Made by a program: the position numbers and the translations under genes | Assembly: GCA_002320595.1 (NCBI GenBank) | Contig: DCKB01000031.1 | Span: 1,443 to 65,442, forward strand | Direction: 5' to 3' | Length of the DNA stretch: 64,000 nt | Source of the DNA: Christensenella sp. UBA1685 | GTDB lineage: Bacteria > Bacillota > Clostridia > Christensenellales > CAG-138 | Shown: positions 19,507 to 28,181 of the stretch, in pieces | Position numbering within the stretch: position 1 is the stretch's first letter | Layout of the letters: each line of letters opens with the position of its first letter | Notes under the pieces: model-generated | What the model was told of the DNA's origin: nothing | What the model saw: only the letters and a program-made list of their open reading frames with translations | Database searches by the model: none

Positions 19507-19962
19507 ATGGCTGAAATGGAAAATGCAATTTTCACAAACATGTGTATGGTCTATGATGGTGCGGGAAATATTCTCGTGCAAAATCGCCGTAACCTGAATT
19601 GGCCGGGCATCACGTTTCCCGGCGGCCACGTTGAACATGGCGAGTCCTTCTCAGGTTCCGTAATCCGTGAAGTAAAAGAAGAAACCGGGCTTGATATTCA
19701 GTGCCCTGTTTTATGCGGAGTCAAGCAGTTCCAAACAAAGGAAGACGCGCGCTACGTCGTCCTGTTCTATAAAACAGACCGGTTTTCGGGCACGCTGCGT
19801 TCTTCCGAAGAAGGAGACGTGTTCTGGATCAAGCGCAGCGAGCTTGAAACCTATTCGCTTGCCGATGATTTTAAAAAAATGCTGGAGGTATTTGAATCCA
19901 GCGAAATCAGCGAATTTTACTACAGTAAACGCAACGGTGCATGGAAAGCGGAATTGCTTTAA
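19507..19962 (+). CDS. NUDIX hydrolase (MutT-like)
   Basis: Nudix box GGHVEHGES...VIREVKEETGL. Confidence 0.9.
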   Translation: MAEMENAIFTNMCMVYDGAGNILVQNRRNLNWPGITFPGGHVEHGESFSGSVIREVKEETGLDIQCPVLCGVKQFQTKEDARYVVLFYKTDRFSGTLRSSEEGDVFWIKRSELETYSLADDFKKMLEVFESSEISEFYYSKRNGAWKAELL

Positions 19963-19982
19963 ATTCCGGGGAAAAGCGCTTC

Positions 19983-20040
19983 TTGACAGGCGCTTTCTTT
20001 GTGCTTATAATATCGTTATATGATATTATTAAACGATATT
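19983..20040 (+). promoter_or_regulatory. Consensus SigA promoter plus inverted-repeat operator for the padR operon
   Basis: TTGACA(19983)-17nt-TATAAT(20006), then AATATCGTT-14nt-AACGATATT. Confidence 0.8.
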
Positions 20041-20064
20041 GCGGTCGGATGAGAGGGTGTGCGC

Positions 20065-20397
20065 ATGCCGAAAAAGTCGCTGGACGGCCTCACGGAGTCC
20101 ATGTTTTATGTGTTGATGGCGTTTTGCCGCGGGCCGATGTGCGGCATTGGCGTCGCAGAGTTCATAGATGCGAAAACGCGCGGGCGCCTGCAGATTGGCC
20201 CTGCCACGCTCTATACCATCCTCGGAAAATTCGAGCGCGAAAAATATATTAAAGAGATCGAAGTGTCCGGACGCAAGCGCACTTACCGCCTTACCGAGCG
20301 CGGCCTTGCAGCCTACCGCGAAGAGGTGGAACGGCTCGCCGCGTGTGTGGCGGATGCAGAAAGCGAACCTGATTTTGGGGGTGAATTCCATGTCTGA
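20065..20397 (+). CDS. PadR-family regulator
   Basis: LTESMFYVL, IGPATLY and RKRTYRLTERG motifs. Confidence 0.88.
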   Translation: MPKKSLDGLTESMFYVLMAFCRGPMCGIGVAEFIDAKTRGRLQIGPATLYTILGKFEREKYIKEIEVSGRKRTYRLTERGLAAYREEVERLAACVADAESEPDFGGEFHV

Positions 20398-21592
20398 GCA
20401 AAAAACAAGCGAACCGCGTTATGCATACCGCCTGCCGCCCTGCCCCGCCTATGATGTGGAGGCCACGGAAAGCTGGCTTTCGGCAATGGCCCAAAAAGGA
20501 TTTGTGCTAACCAGGGATGGCTTTTTCCTTGGCTTTGCAACCTTTGAAAAAACACAGCCGCAGGCCCTGCGTTACCGGCTGGAAGCTTCCGAAAAAAAGC
20601 TCGCCCCGCTTTCCGAGGACAGCCCGCCCGAAGAAGCCGAAGAGCTTTACGCCTCCTACGGTTGGCGCTACGTTGCCTCACGCGGGCAGTTCCGCATTTA
20701 TTGCACGGATTCGGACGAGGCGCGCGAGCTGAACAGCGACCCGCGCGTGCAGGCGATTGCGCTCAGCATGGTGCGCAAGCGGGAATCCGGCAATCTTGCG
20801 ATGTCTTTGTTTTGGCTGTTGTTCTATCCGTTTTTCATTTTCCGAGGCGGCATCGTGCGTGCGGCGATCGAAATCGGTATGCCGATGACGCTTCTGGCTT
20901 TGGGGCTCATCGCATGGGTGCTCGCGCGTTCCGTTCGGGAAGTGGTGCATCTGCACCGGCTCGGCAAGTCGCTCGCGGAAGGCAAGCCACTCGATCATGG
21001 GAAGGATTGGCACGCGCACGCCCTGCGGTACCGCGTGGGCAAGCTGCTGCATCTGCTCGCATGGCTCGCGCTTATCGGCTGCGGGCTTGCCGCATGGAGC
21101 GCAGACATACGGAAAGAAAACGAGGTCCCGCTTACGGAGTACGGTGCGGCGCTTCCGTTTGCAACAATCGCCGACTTTGCGCCGGAAGGGGATTACACGC
21201 TGTACGACATTGGGTACAGCAACACGGTTTCTGCCGTCTCGCGGCTTCTTGCTCCCACGGTGATCGCATACCGCGAATATGCGCACGTTGCCCTGCCGGA
21301 TGGTTCGCTTCTGGAAGGCGGGCTGGATGTGGAATATTATGAAACTGCATCTCCGCTGCTCGCACGCATCATCGCCCGGGAGTTCCTGCGTAAAGCGAAA
21401 CATGAAAAGCATTATGCGGAATGCGAACTTCCGCCGCTCGATGTGGATTATGCCGCAGGGTATACGGATTATTTCCCCACCGTTGTGCTGCAGAAAGGCA
21501 ACCGCGTGATCTCTGCGATGTTTTACCAAACGGGAACCTCCTCCATGCCGTATAAAGATTGGGTCAGGATTGTTGCGCAAAGCATAGATTGA
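20390..21592 (+). CDS. DUF2812-like membrane protein
   Basis: ESWLSAMAQKG and YRLE...GWRYV, three TM segments, coupled to padR. Confidence 0.72.
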   Translation: MSEQKTSEPRYAYRLPPCPAYDVEATESWLSAMAQKGFVLTRDGFFLGFATFEKTQPQALRYRLEASEKKLAPLSEDSPPEEAEELYASYGWRYVASRGQFRIYCTDSDEARELNSDPRVQAIALSMVRKRESGNLAMSLFWLLFYPFFIFRGGIVRAAIEIGMPMTLLALGLIAWVLARSVREVVHLHRLGKSLAEGKPLDHGKDWHAHALRYRVGKLLHLLAWLALIGCGLAAWSADIRKENEVPLTEYGAALPFATIADFAPEGDYTLYDIGYSNTVSAVSRLLAPTVIAYREYAHVALPDGSLLEGGLDVEYYETASPLLARIIAREFLRKAKHEKHYAECELPPLDVDYAAGYTDYFPTVVLQKGNRVISAMFYQTGTSSMPYKDWVRIVAQSID

Positions 21593-21595
21593 AGC

Positions 21596-21626
21596 AGAAA
21601 AAGGCCGGTACATCGGCCTTTTTCTT
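21596..21626. terminator. Bidirectional terminator
   Basis: AGAAAAAGGCCG...CGGCCTTTTTCT between convergent genes. Confidence 0.8.
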
Positions 21627-21644
21627 TATGGAGCATTGCGCGTT

Positions 21645-22625
21645 TCATTCCATAATTTCCCCGCAGAGGTTTTTGCGCATCAGCGCGCGAAGTTCATCGG
21701 GGTCGTCCGTCTGCCCAAGGACCCACATCAGCTTGGTCACGGCGGCCTCGGTGGTCATATCCCGTGCGGAGATCACGCCTGCGTTGCGCAGCGGCTCGCT
21801 GACCTCGTAAATGTCCGGCGTGCTTGCCTCATACAGGCATTGGGAGGTCAGCACCACAGGGATGCCCGCAGCGATCAGCTTCTTGATGCTCTCCGTGTGG
21901 TCGCGCCGGAAGTTATGCATGCCGCCCAGGCCGAACGCTTCCACCACCACGCCGCGCATGTCGGAGGCAAGCAGGCTTTCCAGCAGAGCCGGGCTTGTGC
22001 CCGGCACGAGCTTGATCAGCGCCACGCGCGGGTCAAGCGCATCGGAAAAGGCGAATTCCGCGCCCTGCTCCGGCGCAACCAGCGTATAGCAGCGGCCGTT
22101 TGCAACCATGCCGACATATGGGTAATTGATGGATTCAAACGCATCAAGCGAGGTCGTCCGCGTTTTGACCGCGCGGCATCCCTTGATGATGGCGTTCCCA
22201 AAGCAGATGTATACGCCGCCCGGAAGTTCCCTTGCCGCGAGAAGCGCGTTTGCAAGGTTTTTGCGGCCATCGGAATCCGGATAGGCAATAGGGTATTGCG
22301 AGCCCGTCAGCACCACAGGTACGCTGATTCCGCGCAGCATAAAGCTGAGCATGGAAGCCGTGTATGCCATGGTATCCGTTCCGTGGGTAATAACGATTCC
22401 CTCATAATCCCAGGAAGATTTCAATACCTTGCCGGCAATCTTGCGCCATTCCTCCGGCTGAATGTTGGAACTATCCATATTGAACAGGTCAACGCAGTCC
22501 ACCCCCTCGGCGCCTGCGCCTGCGTAGCTGAGCAAGGCGTGCGCATCCAGCCCCGGTGCGAGGCCGTGCTCCGTTGGCATGCAGGCGATGGTTCCCCCTG
22601 TGGCGATCAACCGGATTCGTTTCAT
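21645..22625 (-). CDS. ansA: L-asparaginase (type I, cytoplasmic)
   Basis: ATGGTIA, HGTDTMAY and VLTGSQ motifs. Confidence 0.92.
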   Translation of the reverse strand: MKRIRLIATGGTIACMPTEHGLAPGLDAHALLSYAGAGAEGVDCVDLFNMDSSNIQPEEWRKIAGKVLKSSWDYEGIVITHGTDTMAYTASMLSFMLRGISVPVVLTGSQYPIAYPDSDGRKNLANALLAARELPGGVYICFGNAIIKGCRAVKTRTTSLDAFESINYPYVGMVANGRCYTLVAPEQGAEFAFSDALDPRVALIKLVPGTSPALLESLLASDMRGVVVEAFGLGGMHNFRRDHTESIKKLIAAGIPVVLTSQCLYEASTPDIYEVSEPLRNAGVISARDMTTEAAVTKLMWVLGQTDDPDELRALMRKNLCGEIME

Positions 22626-22796
22626 GCTGCTTTTCTCCGTTTCTGATGCATGTGTTTCTTCTCCCAAATTTTAGCAGTCCGGCGTGCGGAGCACAAGGGC
22701 GCGGGACAATATATTTTTTCTCTGTGCAGTACCCTTTTTCCGCGTTGGATGCTATGATTGAACAGACGATTCATTTTGCCCCAAGGAGGAACTTTT

Positions 22797-23627
22797 ATGG
22801 CGCGCCTGATCTTGCTTGAAGGCATCCCCGGTTCCGGGAAAACAACGCTTACCTCCCGGCTTTGCGCGTTGCTGCGGGAAGCAGGAACGCCCCGTGCAGC
22901 CTGGCTGGAAGGCCAAAGCGACCATCCCGTTGAGCTGGAGCACCATGCCTGCCTGACGCAGGAAGAATACGCCGCGCTTTGCGCCGAATTTCCCGGTGAA
23001 GCCGGAGCGCTTGCAGCCCATGCGCATGCGGAGGGCGATTTTCTTCTCGTGCGCTATCTGGAAGATCGCGCTCCCGTTTTTTCCGGAGCGCTGCTTTCCC
23101 ATCTCATGGCCCGTGAATTCCGCTATGCGCTTGCGCCATGCATCCCGCTTGCATCCTATACGGCCGTTTCGCTTTCCCGCTGGCGCAGCCTTGCGGCCGA
23201 ATGGGCCGGCAGGCCGGGGTTTCTTCTTTTGGAAAGCGCGTTTTTGCAGCATCCCGTGCAGGATTTGCTGCTGCATTATGCCTTGCCGGACGAGGAAATC
23301 ATCGCATTCCTCCGCCGTGCGGCAGACGCGCTCACGCCGCTCTCCCCCGTGCTGTTCTATCTTGCCCCAAAGGATGTTGCCGCAACCCTTGCAAACATTG
23401 CAGAACAGCGCGGCGCCCCTGAAATGGCTTATCCCGATTCCATCGCATTCTGGGCACACCGGCAAGCGCTGGAGCTTTCCGCCCTGCCTCAGCTGCCGTT
23501 TGATACCCATGTTCTCTGCAACAGCAGCGAAACGCCCGAACAAACGGCACTGCGCATGCGCATGCTGCTGCCCACCTCCCATGCTGTCGAAAAACCCGGA
23601 GATTGTCAAGGGGCGGCGGCCCCTTGA
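22797..23627 (+). CDS. P-loop NTPase/kinase-like protein of unknown function
   Basis: LEGIPGSGKTT Walker A. AAGGAGG RBS. The last ~15 codons and the stop lie inside the MITE-like element. Confidence 0.7.
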   Translation: MARLILLEGIPGSGKTTLTSRLCALLREAGTPRAAWLEGQSDHPVELEHHACLTQEEYAALCAEFPGEAGALAAHAHAEGDFLLVRYLEDRAPVFSGALLSHLMAREFRYALAPCIPLASYTAVSLSRWRSLAAEWAGRPGFLLLESAFLQHPVQDLLLHYALPDEEIIAFLRRAADALTPLSPVLFYLAPKDVAATLANIAEQRGAPEMAYPDSIAFWAHRQALELSALPQLPFDTHVLCNSSETPEQTALRMRMLLPTSHAVEKPGDCQGAAAP

Positions 23628-23822
23628 CTTCATTCCGGCTCCGGCGACACACCCCAGGACGGCCTCTCTTGCCCTTCGGGCAATTCACCTTCCGCACGCC
23701 GGAACGGATGAAACCCCGGAGGGTTTCGCCCGTTGCAGCGTTTGCCGCCCGGGAGCGGTCGCGAGAGGCAAACGCTGAGAAAACTCGAAAAAGTGGCCTT
23801 TTGCCACTTTTTCGACACGCTG
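23580..23822. mobile_element. Non-autonomous MITE-like element, copy 1
   Basis: Imperfect terminal IRs CATGCTGTCGAAAAA / TTTTTCGACACGCTG. Shares GATTGTCAAGGG..CCTTGACTT and CTCGA..AAGTGGC..GCCACTT..TCGACA blocks with 42702-42899. Confidence 0.7.
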
Positions 23823-23972
23823 TGGAGGCGGCTGCACCCCCGCCTCCACAGGCTGCCCTCGAAAAGCCCCCCTTCGCTTTTTGAGGATTTTCATATCCCT
23901 CTTGCGGTTTGCGCACGGCTGGCCGCGCACCGTGTCCCGAATCCCCTGAATCCTTTGGGCAGGCAGGAGCTT

Positions 23973-24548
23973 CTACCCGCGCCTGTATCCCTCTTCAAAA
24001 GCGTCGAGATTCCACTGCGCGAACTGGGGTTTCACAAGCGCCCGGATTGCTTCCCGCCACTGTTCTGCCGGGAACTGCATCCGCTTTGCAAGCACCCCCA
24101 ACAGCACAACGTTTGCCGCGCGGAACGTTCCGCATTGTTCGGCGATGCCAACCGCATCAAGCGCCACAGTATCCGCCGCGGCGCGCACGCGGGCAAGCGC
24201 ATCCTCCGGATATTCCGCCGCGCCCGTGATAACGGGCATCGGCAGAATCTGCTGCGTGTTTACGATCATCAACCCATCCTTTTTCAAATAAGGCAACGCA
24301 CGCAGCGCCTCCAACGTTTCAAACGCAAGTACGAAATCCGCCTGTTCCTGCTCTACGATGGTGGAATACAGCCGCTCCGCTGCGCTCATGCGGACATAGG
24401 TTGTAACGCTTCCGCCGCGCTGGCTCATGCCGTGCACCTCGCTTACGCGCGCGTCATATCCGTTTTCCATGGCAATGTGGCCGAGGATTCTGCTTGCAAG
24501 CAGCGTTCCCTGCCCGCCGACGCCAACAATCACGATATTCGTCGTCAT
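23973..24548 (-). CDS. iorB: Indolepyruvate:ferredoxin oxidoreductase beta subunit
   Basis: GVGGQGTLL and SEVHGMSQRGGSV motifs. Confidence 0.92.
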   Translation of the reverse strand: MTTNIVIVGVGGQGTLLASRILGHIAMENGYDARVSEVHGMSQRGGSVTTYVRMSAAERLYSTIVEQEQADFVLAFETLEALRALPYLKKDGLMIVNTQQILPMPVITGAAEYPEDALARVRAAADTVALDAVGIAEQCGTFRAANVVLLGVLAKRMQFPAEQWREAIRALVKPQFAQWNLDAFEEGYRRG

Positions 24549-24553
24549 GCTTC

Positions 24554-26284
24554 TCACGCTCCTTCCGTTCCAAGCGCCCCAAACGGGCAAACGTTCCCGC
24601 AAAGGCCGCATCCCACGCATTGCGTGTGGTCAATCCAAACGCCCGTTTCCGTTTTGCGGATGGCCGGGCAGCCGATCCTCATGCACATCCCGCACGCTCT
24701 GCACTTTTCCGCATCACAGGCATAGGGAGCGCGTTTTTCCTTCACAATGAGCGCGCACGGTCGCCGCGAAATGATGACGCTGAGCGCATCGCGTTCCGTT
24801 TCTTCCCGCAATACCTGCTCCAGCGCCTTTACGTCAAACGGATCGACGATGCGCACATGCTCGATGCCCATCGCCTCGCAGAGCTTTGGCAGGTCAAGCG
24901 CCGGCGCGATTTCCCCGTGGATGCCGCGCCCGTTCATCGGGTTGTTCTGGTGCCCCGTCATGCCGGTGATGGAGTTGTCCGCAACGATTACCGTGCCCAC
25001 GGAACGGTTATACATCATGTTCAGAAGGCCCGTCATGCCGCTGTGGCAGAAGGTGGAATCTCCAAGCACGGCAACGCTTTGCTTCGCCATCTCAACTCCG
25101 CGCGCCTTTTCAATGCCATGCGCGACGCCGATGGATGCGCCCATGCAAACACAGGTGTCCACCGCGCCAAGCGGCGGCAGTGCGCCGAGCGTATAGCATC
25201 CGATATCGGAAAACACATGCAGCTTCAGCTTGTTGAGCACATGGAACAGCGCCCTGTGCGGGCAGCCCGGGCAGAGCACGGGGGGGCGCATCGGAATGTC
25301 CGGCGTCGTCATGGGGCCATACGCCTTTCCGCCCGCAAACCTGCCCGCAACCTTATGTGCGAACAGCTCGCCCTGCACGCCGGTTTCCGCCTTGCCATGG
25401 CAGGGAATTCCCATCGCACGGACCGCATCTTCAAAAAACGGCTCCATATCCTCTACGATGACGAGCTCCTCCACCCCCGCTGCAAATTCACGAATAAGCC
25501 TTTCCGGCAGGGGGTATGCAAGCCCGAGTTTGAGCACGGATGCATGCGGCAAAGCCTCTTTCACATAATTGTATGCCGCGCCGGAGGTAATGACGCCGAG
25601 CTTTCGCTGCGCCCATTCGATTCGGTTGACAGGAAGCGCATTTGCATCTTCAGCAAGGCGGCGCTCCCGCTCCTCCACATAACGGTGGCGGGCAATCATG
25701 TTTGCAGGCATGGACACATACTTTTTCGGTTCCTTTTTGTATGCAAGCAGCGGAAGCTCCTGCCGCTCGCCGAGTTCCACCGGCGTACGCGCATGCGCTA
25801 TGCGCGTGGTAAGCCGAACGATTACCGGCGTATCGTACCATTCGCTCAGTTCAAATGCGAGCTGCATGAACGCCTTGCATTCCGCACTGTCCGAAGGGTC
25901 AAGCACTGGCGCATGCGCCGCACGCGCAAGCAGGCGCGTATCCTGCTCGTTCTGCGAAGAATGCATGCCGGGGTCATCCGCCACAACAACTACCATCCCC
26001 GCGTTTACGCCCGTGTAGGTCGCGGTAAAAAACGGGTCGGCGGCAACGTTGAGCCCAACATGCTTCATGCACGCCATGCTGCGCGCACCGCCAATGGCCG
26101 CGCCGAGCGCAACCTCCACGGCAACCTTTTCGTTTGGCGCCCATTCGGAATAGATTTCCGAATAGGTCGCAATGGTTTCGTTGATTTCGGTGCTCGGTGT
26201 TCCCGGGTATGCGCTTGATACGCGTACGCCAGCCTCATAAGCGCCGCGGGCAATCGCTTCGTTGCCCAACATCAGCCGTTTCAA
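24554..26284 (-). CDS. iorA: Indolepyruvate:ferredoxin oxidoreductase alpha subunit
   Basis: GNEAIARG, YPGTPSTE, KHVGLNVAAD, CPGCPH, GDSTF and C-terminal ferredoxin CxxCxxC motifs. TTG start. Confidence 0.93.
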   Translation of the reverse strand: MKRLMLGNEAIARGAYEAGVRVSSAYPGTPSTEINETIATYSEIYSEWAPNEKVAVEVALGAAIGGARSMACMKHVGLNVAADPFFTATYTGVNAGMVVVVADDPGMHSSQNEQDTRLLARAAHAPVLDPSDSAECKAFMQLAFELSEWYDTPVIVRLTTRIAHARTPVELGERQELPLLAYKKEPKKYVSMPANMIARHRYVEERERRLAEDANALPVNRIEWAQRKLGVITSGAAYNYVKEALPHASVLKLGLAYPLPERLIREFAAGVEELVIVEDMEPFFEDAVRAMGIPCHGKAETGVQGELFAHKVAGRFAGGKAYGPMTTPDIPMRPPVLCPGCPHRALFHVLNKLKLHVFSDIGCYTLGALPPLGAVDTCVCMGASIGVAHGIEKARGVEMAKQSVAVLGDSTFCHSGMTGLLNMMYNRSVGTVIVADNSITGMTGHQNNPMNGRGIHGEIAPALDLPKLCEAMGIEHVRIVDPFDVKALEQVLREETERDALSVIISRRPCALIVKEKRAPYACDAEKCRACGMCMRIGCPAIRKTETGVWIDHTQCVGCGLCGNVCPFGALGTEGA

Positions 26285-26513
26285 ATCGTGTTCCCTCCTG
26301 TATTTTGTTTTATGCAGTCCGCACAGTTTGGCTTTCGTATCTCGTTTTCTCTGGAATTGCCTTTTGCAGATTCACAATTTCATTATACGGTAAAGTGCCG
26401 CCGCTTCAAGAGGTGGGCGCAAAGTATAAGATATATTGTGATTGCAACCCGGCAGCGCAGATACTATAATCATGATATGAGACGCAATCGCGTTGTTTCG
26501 GAGGTGTTCACCC

Positions 26514-28073
26514 ATGAAGCTGAATTACAAGCGCACCATTCTCGTCGGCTTTGCCTTTTTCCTCATCTGCACGTTCTGGCAGGCGTATGACACCATTATC
26601 CCGAAGATTTTAACCGACAAATTCGGTATGTCCCAGGCAAATTCGGGCATCATCATGGCGCTGGACAACATTCTCGCGCTTTTCATGCTTCCGCTGTTCG
26701 GCGCAATTTCGGATAAATGCACAAGCCGCCTTGGCAGGCGCACGCCCTTCATCCTCATCGGCACCATTGCAGCCGCCGTTGCGCTCATTGCCCTTTCCTT
26801 TACGGACGGTATGCAGCTCAAAAACATTGAAGCCGTGTCCGCCATTGATGATCGCGCAGCGCTTGAGACGCTTTACGACAGCGTCTCCGGAACAAGGCTT
26901 GAAATGCCGGACGGAACCGAGTTCGTGCTTTCCGAAACCTTCTCGCGCGGGGACTTTGCTTCCATCACCTCGCAGGTTGAGGTGGATGGCGCAGCCGTTA
27001 CCAACCCGGATTACACCAACTATGTTGTGCCTGCGCGGCATGCTTACGCACATGCGGCAACGCGCGCAAACCCGCTTCCGCTCATCCTCTTCATCGGGAT
27101 CCTGCTGGTTGCTTTGATCTCCATGGCAACGTTCCGTTCCCCCGCCGTTGCTCTGATGCCGGATGTCACCATCAAGCCCCTACGTTCCAAGGCAAACGCC
27201 ATCATCAACCTGATGGGCACGGCGGGCGGCATCCTCGTGCTGGGGATGGGCGTTGTATTCGGCACGGGCGCGGCAAAAAATGCCCTGATGCCCTACGCAA
27301 CGTTCTTTTCCATCGTAGCGGGCATCATGCTTCTTGCGCTTCTTGCGTTCATGTTGACCGTCCGGGAGCCAAAGTTTGTGCGTGAAATGGAAGCGGAAAG
27401 CCGGAGGTTCCATATAGACGAACTGCCGGAAGGCGAAACCGGCAAAGACGCAAAGCGCCCGCTTTCCAAGGAGGAACGCGCTTCTCTGCTGCTGATCCTC
27501 GCCTCCGTGGTATTTTGGTTCATGGGATATAACGCCGTTATTTCGAAATATTCCGTCTATGCCGGGAAGGTGCTCGACCTCGACTACAACACGACGCTTT
27601 TGCTTGCAAACATCGCGGCGGTTGCGGCCTATCTGCCCGTTGGCATGATCGCCTCAAAAATCGGGCGGAAGAAAACGATCCTTGCCGGCATCGTGATGCT
27701 TGCGACCTCGTTTGGCGTGGCCTCCTTCCTGCGGGAGGGAAGCTCCGCGCTTGTGATGAACTGCATGTTCGCGCTCGCGGGCATTGGCTGGGCAACGATC
27801 AACGTCAACAGTTTCCCGATGGTAGTGGAGCTTTCCCGCGGCGGAGACGTCGGCAAATACACCGGCTTCTACTACACCGCCAGCATGGCAGCGCAAACCA
27901 TAACGCCATACTTCAGCGGCCTTTTGATGGATAAGATCGGCATGACGACGCTCTTCCCCTATGCAACGATCTTTGTTGCCATCGCCTTTGGCACAATGCT
28001 TTTTGTGAAGCACGGCGACAGCAGGCCGGAACAGCCGAAATCAAAGCTTGAGGCGCTCGGCGGCGAAGAATAA
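26514..28073 (+). CDS. MFS transporter (sucrose/maltose-like SLC45 type)
   Basis: SD....RLGRRTPF, ALMPDVT and GKYTGFYY motifs; about 12 TM segments with a large extracytoplasmic insert. Confidence 0.85.
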   Translation: MKLNYKRTILVGFAFFLICTFWQAYDTIIPKILTDKFGMSQANSGIIMALDNILALFMLPLFGAISDKCTSRLGRRTPFILIGTIAAAVALIALSFTDGMQLKNIEAVSAIDDRAALETLYDSVSGTRLEMPDGTEFVLSETFSRGDFASITSQVEVDGAAVTNPDYTNYVVPARHAYAHAATRANPLPLILFIGILLVALISMATFRSPAVALMPDVTIKPLRSKANAIINLMGTAGGILVLGMGVVFGTGAAKNALMPYATFFSIVAGIMLLALLAFMLTVREPKFVREMEAESRRFHIDELPEGETGKDAKRPLSKEERASLLLILASVVFWFMGYNAVISKYSVYAGKVLDLDYNTTLLLANIAAVAAYLPVGMIASKIGRKKTILAGIVMLATSFGVASFLREGSSALVMNCMFALAGIGWATINVNSFPMVVELSRGGDVGKYTGFYYTASMAAQTITPYFSGLLMDKIGMTTLFPYATIFVAIAFGTMLFVKHGDSRPEQPKSKLEALGGEE

Positions 28074-28085
28074 ACCCAGCGTTTG

Positions 28086-28126
28086 AAAAAGGGTCTTTGG
28101 AGAAAACGCTCCAAAGGCCCTTTTTA
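28086..28126. terminator. Bidirectional terminator
   Basis: AAAAAGGGTCTTTGGAG...CTCCAAAGGCCCTTTTT. Confidence 0.8.
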
Positions 28127-28181
28127 TCCGTACACCCAATCAATCCTTTTCCGATAACCTCGTGGTGTTTGCGCTTCCGGG

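Noticed and set aside
28077-28092. CAGCGTTTGAAAAAG resembling the MITE terminus
   Set aside because: There is no partner end or internal conserved block, and the A-tract is explained by the terminator.
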